From sequence record DRR723986_13874: a stretch of DNA of 49,204 nucleotides; one strand, written 5' to 3'. Made by a program: the position numbers and the translations under genes. The stretch's first letter is position 1. Every line of letters starts with the position of its first letter. Below, one piece after another: positions 38,413 through 47,750 of this stretch. The notes under the pieces are model-generated. The model saw only the letters and a list, made by a program, of their open reading frames with translations, did not search any database and was not told the DNA's origin.

Positions 38413-40398
38413 TTACACTCGAGACAACCAAAGCGTCTGGTACCCTTCCACGGTTAAGTCGTCGACGGTGCCATGTTCTTTACCCGAAATTGCGTCGGTG
38501 AAGAAACGCCCCATGCCAGCAGTTCGCAGCACGTTGCCCGATAGCACCTGGGCTTCAGGACTGAAATTCGCAACGACGACCAATCGATTCGCCTCGTGAA
38601 TTCTTGCAAATGCAAGCAGATGAGCGCTCCGTGTGGAAACCAGCTCCATTTGTTGACCGGCCAGTGCGGGGAGTTCCTTCCGACGTGCAATCAGATGCTG
38701 CGTCGCGCGGTAAATCCGGGCTTGGATCCCCGACGTGGCCCCGGGAGTCAACTCATTGAGAAGCTCCCAGTTCATTTTGGGGCGATGCACCCATCGTGTG
38801 TCATCACTCTTGGACGGATCGGTTGCGAAGCTGTAATCGTTCAGCATGCCCCATTCTTCACCTAGGTAAAGAAGCGGGATTCCTCCGATACTGAGCGCGA
38901 CGCCTTGAAGCAAAACGATGCGTCGAACGGCAAGTTCGATTGCATGGTTGTCCTTGAACTCAAGCGCTTTTTCTAGCCCCGCCAATGAAGCGAGCGTGCC
39001 GGCGATACGCATGTCGCCGGTCTCGGCGTTCTCCTGAAAGGGAACACCGCGTGCGAAGGAGCCGTCGAATTGTCCCGAATAGAACTCGTTCAGGAACTTC
39101 CGGTGATCGTACGCATTGATCCCAAGTGCGGCGGCATCGGCGTCGTCAAAGGTCCAGCCGATATCATCGTGGCACCGCAGGTAGTTGACCCACGCGGTTC
39201 CTTCGGGCGTTTTGTGGCGGTGCGATAACGAACGTTCGAGCAGCCGCGTCTCACGCGTTGCGAGCGATTCCCATAGTAGAGCCATCAGTGTCGGGTTGTA
39301 CGAGACCTGACACTCCTCCGGTGCAACGTACTTGATCACCTCATCGGGATGGACGATTGCCTCGGACTTAAACAGCAAGCTCGGCGTTGCGATGCGAGCC
39401 AGACAGTTGAAGGCTTGGATGAGCTTGTGCGCCTGAGGTAGATTCTCGCAAGTTGTCCCCATTTGCTTCCAGATGAACGCTACTGCATCTAGGCGGAGGA
39501 TGTCCACGCCCGTGTTAGCGATGAAGAACATCTCATCGGCCATAGCGCGGAAAACAGCGGGGTTCTGGTAATTTAGATCCCACTGAAAACTGTTGAACGT
39601 CGTCCACACCCAGTGCTGCATGCCGTCATGCCAACTGAAATTCCCGCGACGTACCGTGGGGAAGATCTCGCGGAGTGTTCTTTCGTATTGGTCAGGCATC
39701 TCCCTGTCTGGGAAGATGTAGTAGAAATCCATGTACTCGGGATCACACGATCGCGCACGCTGTGCCCAGTCATGCGTGTCGGCAGTGTGGTTGAACACAA
39801 AGTCTAACACCAGAGATATTCCAGCTTCGCGTAGTTCGGCCGCCAGAGTGCGCAAGTCATCGATCGTGCCAAGCCGAGGATCAACGCAGCGATAGTCGCT
39901 GATTGCATAGCCGCCGTCGCTGTTGCCCGGTCGCGCTTCGAACAGCGGCATAAGGTGCAAGTACGTGAGTCCGAGCTCTTTGAAGTAGCCAACGGACTCC
40001 TTCAGTCGCCCCAGGTTCTCGCTGAAGAGATCTACGTACAACGCGCCGCCGACCACCTCCTGCGACTGAAACCAGTTGGGTTGATTGATCCGCGCATCAT
40101 CGGCAGCTTGCAAATCTTCCGGACGATCGTGCCAAGCCTGTGCGCTTGTCAGCAAAATCTGCTCGAGGTGGTAGAAATAATCGTACCGCGCTCCGTAGAG
40201 CTCAAAGAGCAGCGAAAACAGCTGCCCCCAATGCTGTTCGAGTCGACGTTGGAAAGCCTCACGCACCCGCTCAGGCGTGCCTAAGCGGTTCCAGTGATCA
40301 TCCAGACGCGGCAGTAAACGCTTGAGCGAGAGATCGCTGCGGTGGTCGTTGAGCTTGGAAATCCCCGGTTGGTTCGCACTAGGATTCAATGTGATCAT
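38413..40398 (-). CDS. Amylosucrase (GH13_4-like alpha-amylase family)
   Basis: [25 protein letters not shown], nucleophile [10 protein letters not shown], acid/base [25 protein letters not shown]. Start placed at ATG 40398, which overlaps the sps stop. Confidence 0.9.
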   Translation of the reverse strand: MITLNPSANQPGISKLNDHRSDLSLKRLLPRLDDHWNRLGTPERVREAFQRRLEQHWGQLFSLLFELYGARYDYFYHLEQILLTSAQAWHDRPEDLQAADDARINQPNWFQSQEVVGGALYVDLFSENLGRLKESVGYFKELGLTYLHLMPLFEARPGNSDGGYAISDYRCVDPRLGTIDDLRTLAAELREAGISLVLDFVFNHTADTHDWAQRARSCDPEYMDFYYIFPDREMPDQYERTLREIFPTVRRGNFSWHDGMQHWVWTTFNSFQWDLNYQNPAVFRAMADEMFFIANTGVDILRLDAVAFIWKQMGTTCENLPQAHKLIQAFNCLARIATPSLLFKSEAIVHPDEVIKYVAPEECQVSYNPTLMALLWESLATRETRLLERSLSHRHKTPEGTAWVNYLRCHDDIGWTFDDADAAALGINAYDHRKFLNEFYSGQFDGSFARGVPFQENAETGDMRIAGTLASLAGLEKALEFKDNHAIELAVRRIVLLQGVALSIGGIPLLYLGEEWGMLNDYSFATDPSKSDDTRWVHRPKMNWELLNELTPGATSGIQARIYRATQHLIARRKELPALAGQQMELVSTRSAHLLAFARIHEANRLVVVANFSPEAQVLSGNVLRTAGMGRFFTDAISGKEHGTVDDLTVEGYQTLWLSRV

Positions 40399-42592
40399 TC
40401 GGGATGACAATGTTGTCGAGGAATTGATAGTACTGGATTCCCTCAAGGATACCTCTTGCATGGGAGCTCGACGCAAAAAAGACTCGCGGCCGCTTACGAA
40501 GCCGTTCAAGTTCGGGACTGTAATTTCCTACGACTAATCCAAGCGTTCTACCCAGAAGCATGCCGGCGTCGTTTCCGGAATCTCCGGCCACGAGTACTTT
40601 CTCAGGAGAGAAGCCCCACTTCCATAGCAGGTGTCGCATCGACAGGTCACTGCCGCCTCGTACGGGCACGACGTCCAGATACATACCCAGCGAAACAACC
40701 GCCTTGGCACGCAGGCCGGCTGCTCGCAGCGCTCGCTTGATCTCTTGCAGACTCGGTGCTTGACTCTGATCCAGCTCGAAACTGATCTTGTAGTTCGAGC
40801 AGTGTTTGTCATCCTGCGCGTAAACGCCCGGCATGGCTGTCAGCAGTTCGCGGACTTCGTCGGGCTTCCAGGCGTAACCGATCTGTTTCCGCCAGCTCAA
40901 ATCGGGCGTCAAATTTGCACCATAGTGGAGCTGAGTTCCGGCGTCGGTGTCCAGAACGTCGGGCATCGGCAAACCGAGTTCCTCTATCATCTCCATCGCG
41001 CTGTCCAGACGACGACCGGTTGCAAGACCGAATCCAATATGGTCATGCTCAGCGATCAAGTCCTTGAACTCCGCCAAGGCCTCGGGGTCACCGGTAAGCG
41101 TATTGTCGAGGTCGGTGATGATCAGCCGGTCAAACTCTGGCAGTCGACGAGCCTTCGGTCTGTCGACGAGTGCTGGTGTGGAATTCTTACCGCAAATCTC
41201 CGATACATCGCGAAGATATCTATTCGCGTGTGTTGCCCAGGAATAGTGCTTCCGAGTCCCATTGATCCCGTTGGTCGACCATTCTGTCCACTGTTCCGAG
41301 TCGGTCAACGTGCGTAACAACGCGTGCTCGATCTCGTCATCGCAGGTCGGTGATACGAGCAGACCGTTCTGACAATTAGCGATAATGTCGCGCGGACCGC
41401 CGTCGTTTGTGGCAACGATTGGTAGACCGGTAGCGGCGGCCTCCAGCAGTGTTAACCCGAACGGCTCAGTCAGCGCGGGGTTGATGAATACGCCACCAAG
41501 TTGCTTGGCCCAGCGATAGAGGTCTGGGATGTCCGTTGGAGCGTGCTGCTTAGGATAGGCTACTTTGCCGTAGAGGTCATAGTCGTCGATCAGGTGCAAG
41601 ATGTTCTGAATGATCGCCCGCTGCGGTCGCGGGAGTTCCGCCAAGTTTTGACGTGTACCCATGACAACGACAAGGTTGGCTTCGTCTTGAAGTTGCTTGC
41701 TGCGACCATACACGTGAACAAGCTTTTCCAAGTTCTTCCGCTCGTCCGGTCGTGCGAGTGTAAGGATCATCGGCTTCTCGGGCTCAGTCAAGAATCGATC
41801 GAGCTCCGACGCAATCTGTGGCTTTTCGAACTCAGCCGCCGGCGGTGAGAAGTGCGTCAAGTCGACGCCGGGTGGAATGATTTCCATCCGCTCGGGCTGG
41901 TAGTGATCGTAGAGCTCGTATTGCTGTTCGATCTCCTGGCTGGTGCTCGTGACCACCATCGAAGCCGTCTCTAGGGCCGTCTCTTCAGCTTCATATCGAA
42001 CGCGGAACTTATACTTCTGTTCCAGCTCACGAACACCTTGTTCGCCCAGAGAAAGACGTTGTGCTTTGACGCGGCCGAGAGAGTGACCGGTGAACATGAA
42101 CGGAACGTGCAGCAGACGCGACAGTTGCGCCCCGGCGAGGCCAGCATCGGCGTAGTGGCCGTGGATGATGTCCGGAATGGCGGAACGTCTGAAGTGGTTA
42201 AGCGTCTGGTCGACGAACATTTCGATGTACGGCCAGAGAGCTTCCTTCTTGAGGTATCGCCGTGGTCCGAAAGGTATACGAACGATTCGGGCCCCTTCGC
42301 AAAGCTCCTCGATTGGTTGCGCGTAGCTGTCATCAATCTTCGGGTCGATCACTTGCCGCGTCAGCAGCTCGACCCGTTCAACATTGGACTGCTGCGCCAG
42401 CTCGCGCGCAAGCTCAACGACGTACTTGATCTGGCCGCCGGTATCTGCGTCGCGGCCGAGTTCCATAGATTCCCCACGAATGAGGCCGTGTAGACTGATG
42501 AGGCAAATTCGCAGGCCTTCGTGCCGTGTAACTGGCGTTTCCATTTCCTTTGACTCGAGGTCCGTTGTTAGGGTAAGCATTGGAACGTTCAT
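40379..42592 (-). CDS. sps: Sucrose-phosphate synthase with C-terminal SPP-like HAD domain
   Basis: [55 protein letters not shown] (GT4 SPS). C-terminal TDLDNTL, ATGR, GDSGND. Confidence 0.93.
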   Translation of the reverse strand: MNVPMLTLTTDLESKEMETPVTRHEGLRICLISLHGLIRGESMELGRDADTGGQIKYVVELARELAQQSNVERVELLTRQVIDPKIDDSYAQPIEELCEGARIVRIPFGPRRYLKKEALWPYIEMFVDQTLNHFRRSAIPDIIHGHYADAGLAGAQLSRLLHVPFMFTGHSLGRVKAQRLSLGEQGVRELEQKYKFRVRYEAEETALETASMVVTSTSQEIEQQYELYDHYQPERMEIIPPGVDLTHFSPPAAEFEKPQIASELDRFLTEPEKPMILTLARPDERKNLEKLVHVYGRSKQLQDEANLVVVMGTRQNLAELPRPQRAIIQNILHLIDDYDLYGKVAYPKQHAPTDIPDLYRWAKQLGGVFINPALTEPFGLTLLEAAATGLPIVATNDGGPRDIIANCQNGLLVSPTCDDEIEHALLRTLTDSEQWTEWSTNGINGTRKHYSWATHANRYLRDVSEICGKNSTPALVDRPKARRLPEFDRLIITDLDNTLTGDPEALAEFKDLIAEHDHIGFGLATGRRLDSAMEMIEELGLPMPDVLDTDAGTQLHYGANLTPDLSWRKQIGYAWKPDEVRELLTAMPGVYAQDDKHCSNYKISFELDQSQAPSLQEIKRALRAAGLRAKAVVSLGMYLDVVPVRGGSDLSMRHLLWKWGFSPEKVLVAGDSGNDAGMLLGRTLGLVVGNYSPELERLRKRPRVFFASSSHARGILEGIQYYQFLDNIVIPNDHIES

Positions 42593-43213
42593 CCGTTGAA
42601 GCTAAAAGTGGAGCTATGAGACCGAGGATGGGCCATACCACCCATGCAGCAGGTACGATGCCAAAATCCGTAATGGAAGATCGCCTGCCCTTAAAGCAGC
42701 TCAACACCATCTCAGTGTGACAAGCTGCACCTCTGCTGTACGCTCAGCGACCAGTATGGCCGCGCTTCGAGCACGCTGGTCGCGTGGCGGCCCCTGCTGT
42801 CGAAGCGGCTGCAAGTCGCCGACGGTCACGGCTTGCGACACCACCCGAGTGCTGCTCGAACGGCTATCGAGCAGGCTTCCGCATTACTTCTCAAGGGCGT
42901 TTGCAAGCCCGCGTTGATGACTCAAGGCTGCAGTGTTCCGGCTTACTTATTGATGAGCGACCCCTTCGCCTCAATCGGCACCTGTTCACCGACAACTGTT
43001 CGTGGTCGAACTCGTGTCGGCGCCCAGTACAGGGCTTTCGTGCTAGACGTATTACGGAAGCTATTGGACTTCCTACCTAAGACTGCGGTGCGAGGTGCTA
43101 CTGATCGCATTTGCGTTCCTTGCCTGCTAAAATGCTCGGCGGTCTGAATCGAGAAATTGCAAGTTCCGACTGCCAATTCGTTATCTCCACTACTCTGTTG
43201 CTTGGCTCCTCCG

Positions 43214-44785
43214 ATGACTAGATTGCTCCCCCTGGATCGATGGCACCTCGTTTACCTCAACCTGCTGTGTTTGTTTTCCATGCCAGTGGTTGGTTCGGCG
43301 AAGGAGAACGCGTCGAAGCCAAATGTGATTGTGATAATGGCGGATGACCTGGGGTACGGCGACGTGTCGTGCTATGGGGCGCAAAGTGTTGTAACGCCTG
43401 CGATTGACGCACTGGCCGCAGAGGGAGTTCGTTTTACGAGTGGTTACTGCAGCGCGTCGACCTGCACACCGACACGCTATTCCTTGCTGACCGGAAATTA
43501 TGCCTTCCGAACAAAGGGAACAGGCATTGCTCCTCCGAATTCTCCAGCCATCATCCAGCCTGGTACGGAGACGGTCGCGTCTCTATTGAAAAGTTCGGGA
43601 TACAAGACCGCGGTTGTCGGTAAATGGCACCTGGGCTTGGGAGGAAGCGAAGGGCCGGACTGGAACAACAAGCTTGCACCTGGACCACTTGAAATCGGCT
43701 TCGACCAGTGCTTCCTACTTCCGACCACCAACGACCGTGTTCCGCAGGTGTACGTACAGGATCATCGAGTCCTCAATCTTGACCCGGATGATCCGCTGTG
43801 GGTGGGAAAGAAAAAGCCGAGCGATGACCATCCGACAGGGATCACGCATCGCGCAACACTGAAAATGGACTGGTCCCATGGCCACAACTCGACAATTCAC
43901 AATGGGATCAGTCGGATTGGTTTCTACACAGGTGGTCATGCCGCCAGATTTCGTGACGAGGACTTGGCCGACAAATGGGTCGAGAAGTCGGTCGAGTTCA
44001 TTGAAGAGAATCAGGACAACCCGTTCTTCTTGTTTTTCGCATCGCACGACATCCATGTCCCACGAATCCCACACGAGCGATTTCAAGGTGCGACAACGAT
44101 GGGATTCCGAGGTGATTCGATTGTGCAGCTTGATTGGTGCGTGGGAGAGTTGATGGCTACGCTTAAGCGGCTCAATCTGGAAGAGAATACGTTGGTCGTT
44201 TTCTGCAGTGACAATGGTCCAGTCCTGGACGACGGATACAAGGATGGTGCAGTCGAACGGATCGGTGCACACCGAGCAGGCGGGCCGTACACAGGAGGGA
44301 AATATAGTGTCTACGAAGGCGGTACGCGGACTCCCTTTATCACGCGTTGGAAAGGGAAGATCAAACCACAGGTATCCGACGAATTGGTTTGCACAATTGA
44401 TCTCGCCGCAAGCTTGGCGTCAATCGTAGGGCAAGAAATCCCGAAACAGGCCTGTACCGACAGCCTTGATGTCTCGGCCGCGCTGCTCGGCCAGGCTGGT
44501 GCCAAGGGACGTGAGGAACTGGTTCAGCAGGACAATGGCAGTAGCGGGACGTTTGGACTTCGAATCGGCAACTGGAAATTGCATCGGTCCGATAAGAAGC
44601 GAGCCCGCAACGTTCTCGTCGAAGCCAAGCTTGCGAACGTGCAGGTGCCACGGTACCAACTCTTCGATCTCTCCAATGATCCTGCGGAGAAGGAGAACGT
44701 TATCGAAGACAATCCTGACGTAGCCGAGCGAATGATCGCCCGATTGGATGAGATCATTGCCACCGGACGAACGCGAAACGAATAG
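43214..44785 (+). CDS. Arylsulfatase (S1 family), secreted
   Basis: PNVIVIMADDLGYGD, CTPTR motif, GKWHLG, SDNG, EGGTRTP; signal-peptide-like N-terminus. Confidence 0.92.
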   Translation: MTRLLPLDRWHLVYLNLLCLFSMPVVGSAKENASKPNVIVIMADDLGYGDVSCYGAQSVVTPAIDALAAEGVRFTSGYCSASTCTPTRYSLLTGNYAFRTKGTGIAPPNSPAIIQPGTETVASLLKSSGYKTAVVGKWHLGLGGSEGPDWNNKLAPGPLEIGFDQCFLLPTTNDRVPQVYVQDHRVLNLDPDDPLWVGKKKPSDDHPTGITHRATLKMDWSHGHNSTIHNGISRIGFYTGGHAARFRDEDLADKWVEKSVEFIEENQDNPFFLFFASHDIHVPRIPHERFQGATTMGFRGDSIVQLDWCVGELMATLKRLNLEENTLVVFCSDNGPVLDDGYKDGAVERIGAHRAGGPYTGGKYSVYEGGTRTPFITRWKGKIKPQVSDELVCTIDLAASLASIVGQEIPKQACTDSLDVSAALLGQAGAKGREELVQQDNGSSGTFGLRIGNWKLHRSDKKRARNVLVEAKLANVQVPRYQLFDLSNDPAEKENVIEDNPDVAERMIARLDEIIATGRTRNE

Positions 44786-44847
44786 TGTTGAGCCTCACTT
44801 TCGATTCTCAGAACCGGATTGCCTTTCCTACACCACGGGGATAATTG

Positions 44848-45189
44848 ATGTCGACAATTTTTTCAAAGATCATCGCAGGTGAGATTCCTGCCAAGATTGT
44901 ACATGACGACGATCATTGTTTGGCATTTCATGATGTCGCCCCGCAGGCACCGGTGCATATCTTGGTCATCCCCAAGAAGCCTATCGTTTCGGTCGAGCAT
45001 CTCGAACCAGAGGACGCTCCGTTGATCGGCCATATGTGGTTGATGATCCAAAAGGTTGCCCGCGAGGCTGGGCTGGGCGAAGGCGGCTATCGCGTCGTGG
45101 TGAACTGTGGCAAGGATGGCGGTCAGAGCGTCGATCACCTGCATTACCACATACTTGGCGGACGTAGCCTAACTTGGCCGCCAGGTTAA
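44848..45189 (+). CDS. hinT: Histidine triad nucleotide-binding protein
   Basis: TIFSKII, DVAPQAPVHILVIPK, GQSVDHLHYHILGGR, C-terminal WPPG. Confidence 0.95.
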   Translation: MSTIFSKIIAGEIPAKIVHDDDHCLAFHDVAPQAPVHILVIPKKPIVSVEHLEPEDAPLIGHMWLMIQKVAREAGLGEGGYRVVVNCGKDGGQSVDHLHYHILGGRSLTWPPG

Positions 45190-45211
45190 TCGCCGCCAGG
45201 TTAATCGCCGC
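45177..45211 (+). repeat. 15-bp tandem duplication spanning the hinT stop codon
   Basis: GCCGCCAGGTTAATC x2 followed by a partial GCCGC. Confidence 0.9.
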
Positions 45212-45213
45212 TC

Positions 45214-45250
45214 GCGGTCGTCTTACCAACTTGCGGTCGTAGTACCAACT
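45214..45250 (+). repeat. Imperfect 18-bp direct repeat with 19-bp period
   Basis: GCGGTCGTCTTACCAACT and GCGGTCGTAGTACCAACT (16/18 identical). Confidence 0.8.
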
Positions 45251-45413
45251 CTGTCGCAGCCACCACGAACTTTCGTTAGTGAAAGTCACGGCGAACTGCG
45301 ACCCGCAAGAATTTGACCAACTCGCCCAGTTGCCTTCGGTCTATACGCATCAAATGAGCGCATTAGCGTACGGACCAAAGGAGTCCTGCTAGTATGCCAA
45401 GCTCTTGGGCATC

Positions 45414-45659
45414 ATGGATGATGCAATACCAAGGGATCGATACTGCGCGGGCAACATCAGTTTGGAGTCTTGCTCAGCGATTTACGTTGAACTGGAACCT
45501 GATGGAGAGGATCGCACGCAGTTTATGTTTTGGCGTCACCGAGCACCGTTTCGCGAGTTCAGCTTTTCCGGCAACCGCATTCGCGACCTGAAGCCTGGTG
45601 ACTCAGTGGTCCATCAAGGCAAGCAGCGCCGCGTGAAGGTGGTCAAGATCTTTCGCTAG
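45414..45659 (+). CDS. Small hypothetical protein (about 81 aa)
   Basis: ORF fills the gap between hinT and the convergent propeller gene; globular-looking sequence (FWRHRAPFREFSFSG...LKPGDSVVHQG). Confidence 0.55.
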   Translation: MDDAIPRDRYCAGNISLESCSAIYVELEPDGEDRTQFMFWRHRAPFREFSFSGNRIRDLKPGDSVVHQGKQRRVKVVKIFR

Positions 45660-45696
45660 GACGCTAGATCGGCAAACGTTGTTCACAAAACAGATT

Positions 45697-46860
45697 TTAC
45701 AAGTCGATGCACCTAATACTGGACTTGCTTCGCAAATAGAGCCTATTGCCGACGATGGCCGGATGCGAATAGATTTTCTGTGGCTTTTGAAACAATGTCG
45801 TCCGGCTCTGAATCGCCTTTGTCCCGTCGGTCTTCAGCAGTAACAACTCGCCGTCTCCAACAACAAGCAACCGGTCGGGTGAGGCAATCAACGACGCGTA
45901 GTCGCTAAGGGCTGGATCCCGAATTCGCCACAACTCTTTAAGGTTGTCGGAAAGATCAAGACAGTAAAGGAACTCACGCACGCAGAACAACTTATCACCA
46001 ACAATTACCGGTGTCGTCATGTCTGGGCGAAGACGTTTGTTCGATGCAATCAACTTGGGAGTCGAGTCGGCTGCGGCGGGCCACTGAAACTGCCGAGTGC
46101 CATTGTTGCGCGTCGCAACGATTAGCGTATCCTCATACAGCAACGGGGTAGGAACATTGAAGTCGCCTCCAGCAAGCGGCGATACGCTCCAGAGGCGTTT
46201 TCCAGTTTCGGCGTCCCAAGCGCCGAGAGTCGTTTTATCGTGACCAACGATAACAGAGTTAGCACCAACGTTCGCAGCATTGAATGAACCATAAGATGGC
46301 AGTCCGCCAGGGCTTTCCCAAATGATTGCACCTGTTGCAGGATCCAGTGCGACCAGAGAGGCGGTCTCTGCCCCAGGGGCAAGGATTAGCTTGCCGTCAA
46401 CGACCATTGGCGAACCGCAGTAACCCCACGGCAGCTCTTCGGCTATCGGGAAGTCGTCGCGCATGGATCGTTCCCAACGAACCTTGCCACTTGATAATTC
46501 GATGCAGAGCAGATTCCCGGTCGCACCAAAGCAGTAGGCATGCCCTTCATGCAACAGCGGAGTGGCTCGCGGAGAATTGCCATAGTCGTATTGGGCGATG
46601 GCAAGTCGCCGCACGGCCCAAAGCTCTTCGCCGGTCTTCGCGTCCAGGCACCGAAAGCAATCTTGAAGATCGTCAAAATCACGATCACCAAAAACGACAA
46701 AGGACTCGTCGGCAGCAATGCCTCCGAGTCCTTCACGTGCTAAATCAGTCTGCCAAACAACCTTCGGTACATCAGGAAGTTCTTTGGGAAGCCAGTCGAT
46801 CCGGCCGTCACGACCGGGACCGCGCCAACCTATCCAGCTCGCCGAGTCTTTGCGCTGGCT
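45697..46860 (-). CDS. PQQ-like (BamB-type) beta-propeller domain lacking its own start; probable C-terminal part of a frameshift fusion with the upstream gene
   Basis: Frame is open from 46920 to 45697. It contains WIGWRGPGRDG (the family's typical N-terminal WxxWRGPxRxG motif), CLDAKTGEELW, SPRATP and ALDPATGAIIW repeats, and ends HPAIVGNRLYLR. No ATG/GTG/TTG lies upstream of the WRGP motif in this frame. Confidence 0.8.
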   Translation of the reverse strand, partial: SQRKDSASWIGWRGPGRDGRIDWLPKELPDVPKVVWQTDLAREGLGGIAADESFVVFGDRDFDDLQDCFRCLDAKTGEELWAVRRLAIAQYDYGNSPRATPLLHEGHAYCFGATGNLLCIELSSGKVRWERSMRDDFPIAEELPWGYCGSPMVVDGKLILAPGAETASLVALDPATGAIIWESPGGLPSYGSFNAANVGANSVIVGHDKTTLGAWDAETGKRLWSVSPLAGGDFNVPTPLLYEDTLIVATRNNGTRQFQWPAAADSTPKLIASNKRLRPDMTTPVIVGDKLFCVREFLYCLDLSDNLKELWRIRDPALSDYASLIASPDRLLVVGDGELLLLKTDGTKAIQSRTTLFQKPQKIYSHPAIVGNRLYLRSKSSIRCIDL

Positions 46861-47750
46861 TTTTTTTTGCCGACCGTTGTAGCAGATTCCTCTGAGTAAT
46901 CGAGAAAACCGGCCAGGGATTCAAGCGCTTCTAAGACTTGCGGTTCGCGTGGGATAGACTTGAGAGCCAGGTCAATTGCGGACTTCTTCTGAGCACTCAA
47001 TTCATCTGACAGGAACAGGGTGACAAAGGGCACTTCTGCGGTCTTGCCAACCACGCGAAGGTCACCTTTCTTGATTGTGCCACAGCCTTCCAGCAGGGGT
47101 TGAGCGTAGCTAGAGATGACTGCAGCCGTCTTGGACTTTGGTCCAAGGTCAATCACCTTGCATGCCCCATCGCTGCAAGCTTCATCGATCTTCCGCAGTT
47201 CTTTCGGGACGCGAACCTTGGCGCTCTTGAGCAGTGCGAGGGCAGCGTCATGTTTCTCACGCGCCGACTGTGCACCGAAAATGATAGTGTATCCGGCCAA
47301 GTCTGATATCGATTTCGCTGGGTCTTCACGCCCCACAACGATTAGACCGTGCTGCGTGATGCCACCAGATTTGTCGCTAAGTTGGTAGGCTGGCGAGGCT
47401 TTCTTCTTCAATTCAGCAAGATCGGACTGAACAACGGAGTGCTTTCCGATGACGATGTCCGCGCCGCCTGCCTTCTTGATGCCCACGTCCAGTGAAGATG
47501 CGAACGCGAGGTTAACTTCCACGCCGAGCTCCCGCTCGAGCAGCTTTGCGAGAACTTCATAGTCGCGCTGCGCGTATCCTTCCACACATGGGCAAGAAAG
47601 CGGTGCCGCGAGCGGATCCATGACGATCATCGAGAGCGTCTTGGCTTCACCGGCCCAGGCCTTGCTGGCCAACTGCGATGCGGAAAGCGCGGCAGCAATG
47701 CACATTGCAATCGCCGCCGAAAGTAGCTGTTTATTGCTCATCTTGTTCAC
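46830..47750 (-). CDS. PhnD/SsuA-type periplasmic substrate-binding-fold protein with Cys motifs
   Basis: Signal peptide ending AWA; RDYEVLAKLLERELGVEV, GLIVVGREDPAKSISDLAG and LRVVGKT resemble phosphonate-binding proteins; SCPC, ACSDGAC and EGCG motifs. Start 47750 (GTG) or 47741 (ATG). Confidence 0.75.
   Translation of the reverse strand: MNKMSNKQLLSAAIAMCIAAALSASQLASKAWAGEAKTLSMIVMDPLAAPLSCPCVEGYAQRDYEVLAKLLERELGVEVNLAFASSLDVGIKKAGGADIVIGKHSVVQSDLAELKKKASPAYQLSDKSGGITQHGLIVVGREDPAKSISDLAGYTIIFGAQSAREKHDAALALLKSAKVRVPKELRKIDEACSDGACKVIDLGPKSKTAAVISSYAQPLLEGCGTIKKGDLRVVGKTAEVPFVTLFLSDELSAQKKSAIDLALKSIPREPQVLEALESLAGFLDYSEESATTVGKKKASAKTRRAG
46860..46868 (-). other. A9 slippery site joining the PhnD-like frame to the propeller frame (-1)
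   Basis: GGC AAA AAA AAA GCC in frame 0. One extra A or a -1 shift gives AAA AGC CAG CGC AAA GAC TCG GCG AGC TGG ATA GGT TGG CGC GGT. Confidence 0.65.

Noticed and set aside
40399-40509. Extended N-terminus of amylosucrase from the ORF track
   Set aside because: It would overlap sps by about 130 nt; ATG 40398 gives a short coupled overlap.
42593-43213. Short Cys-containing ORFs in the sps-sulfatase divergent gap
   Set aside because: Several overlapping short ORFs with no clear RBS or motif; most likely promoter DNA.
45177-45271. CRISPR array
   Set aside because: The repeats are short and tandem, with no unique spacers and no cas genes.
45697-46614. ORF-track start (GTG 46614) for the propeller gene
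   Set aside because: It falls mid-domain, removes the conserved WRGP motif and the first blade, and gives no signal peptide.
46921-46923. TGA bounding the propeller frame as a possible selenocysteine codon
   Set aside because: It lies inside the PhnD-like coding region in another frame, the flanking translation is not protein-like, and the A9 shift explains the propeller more simply.
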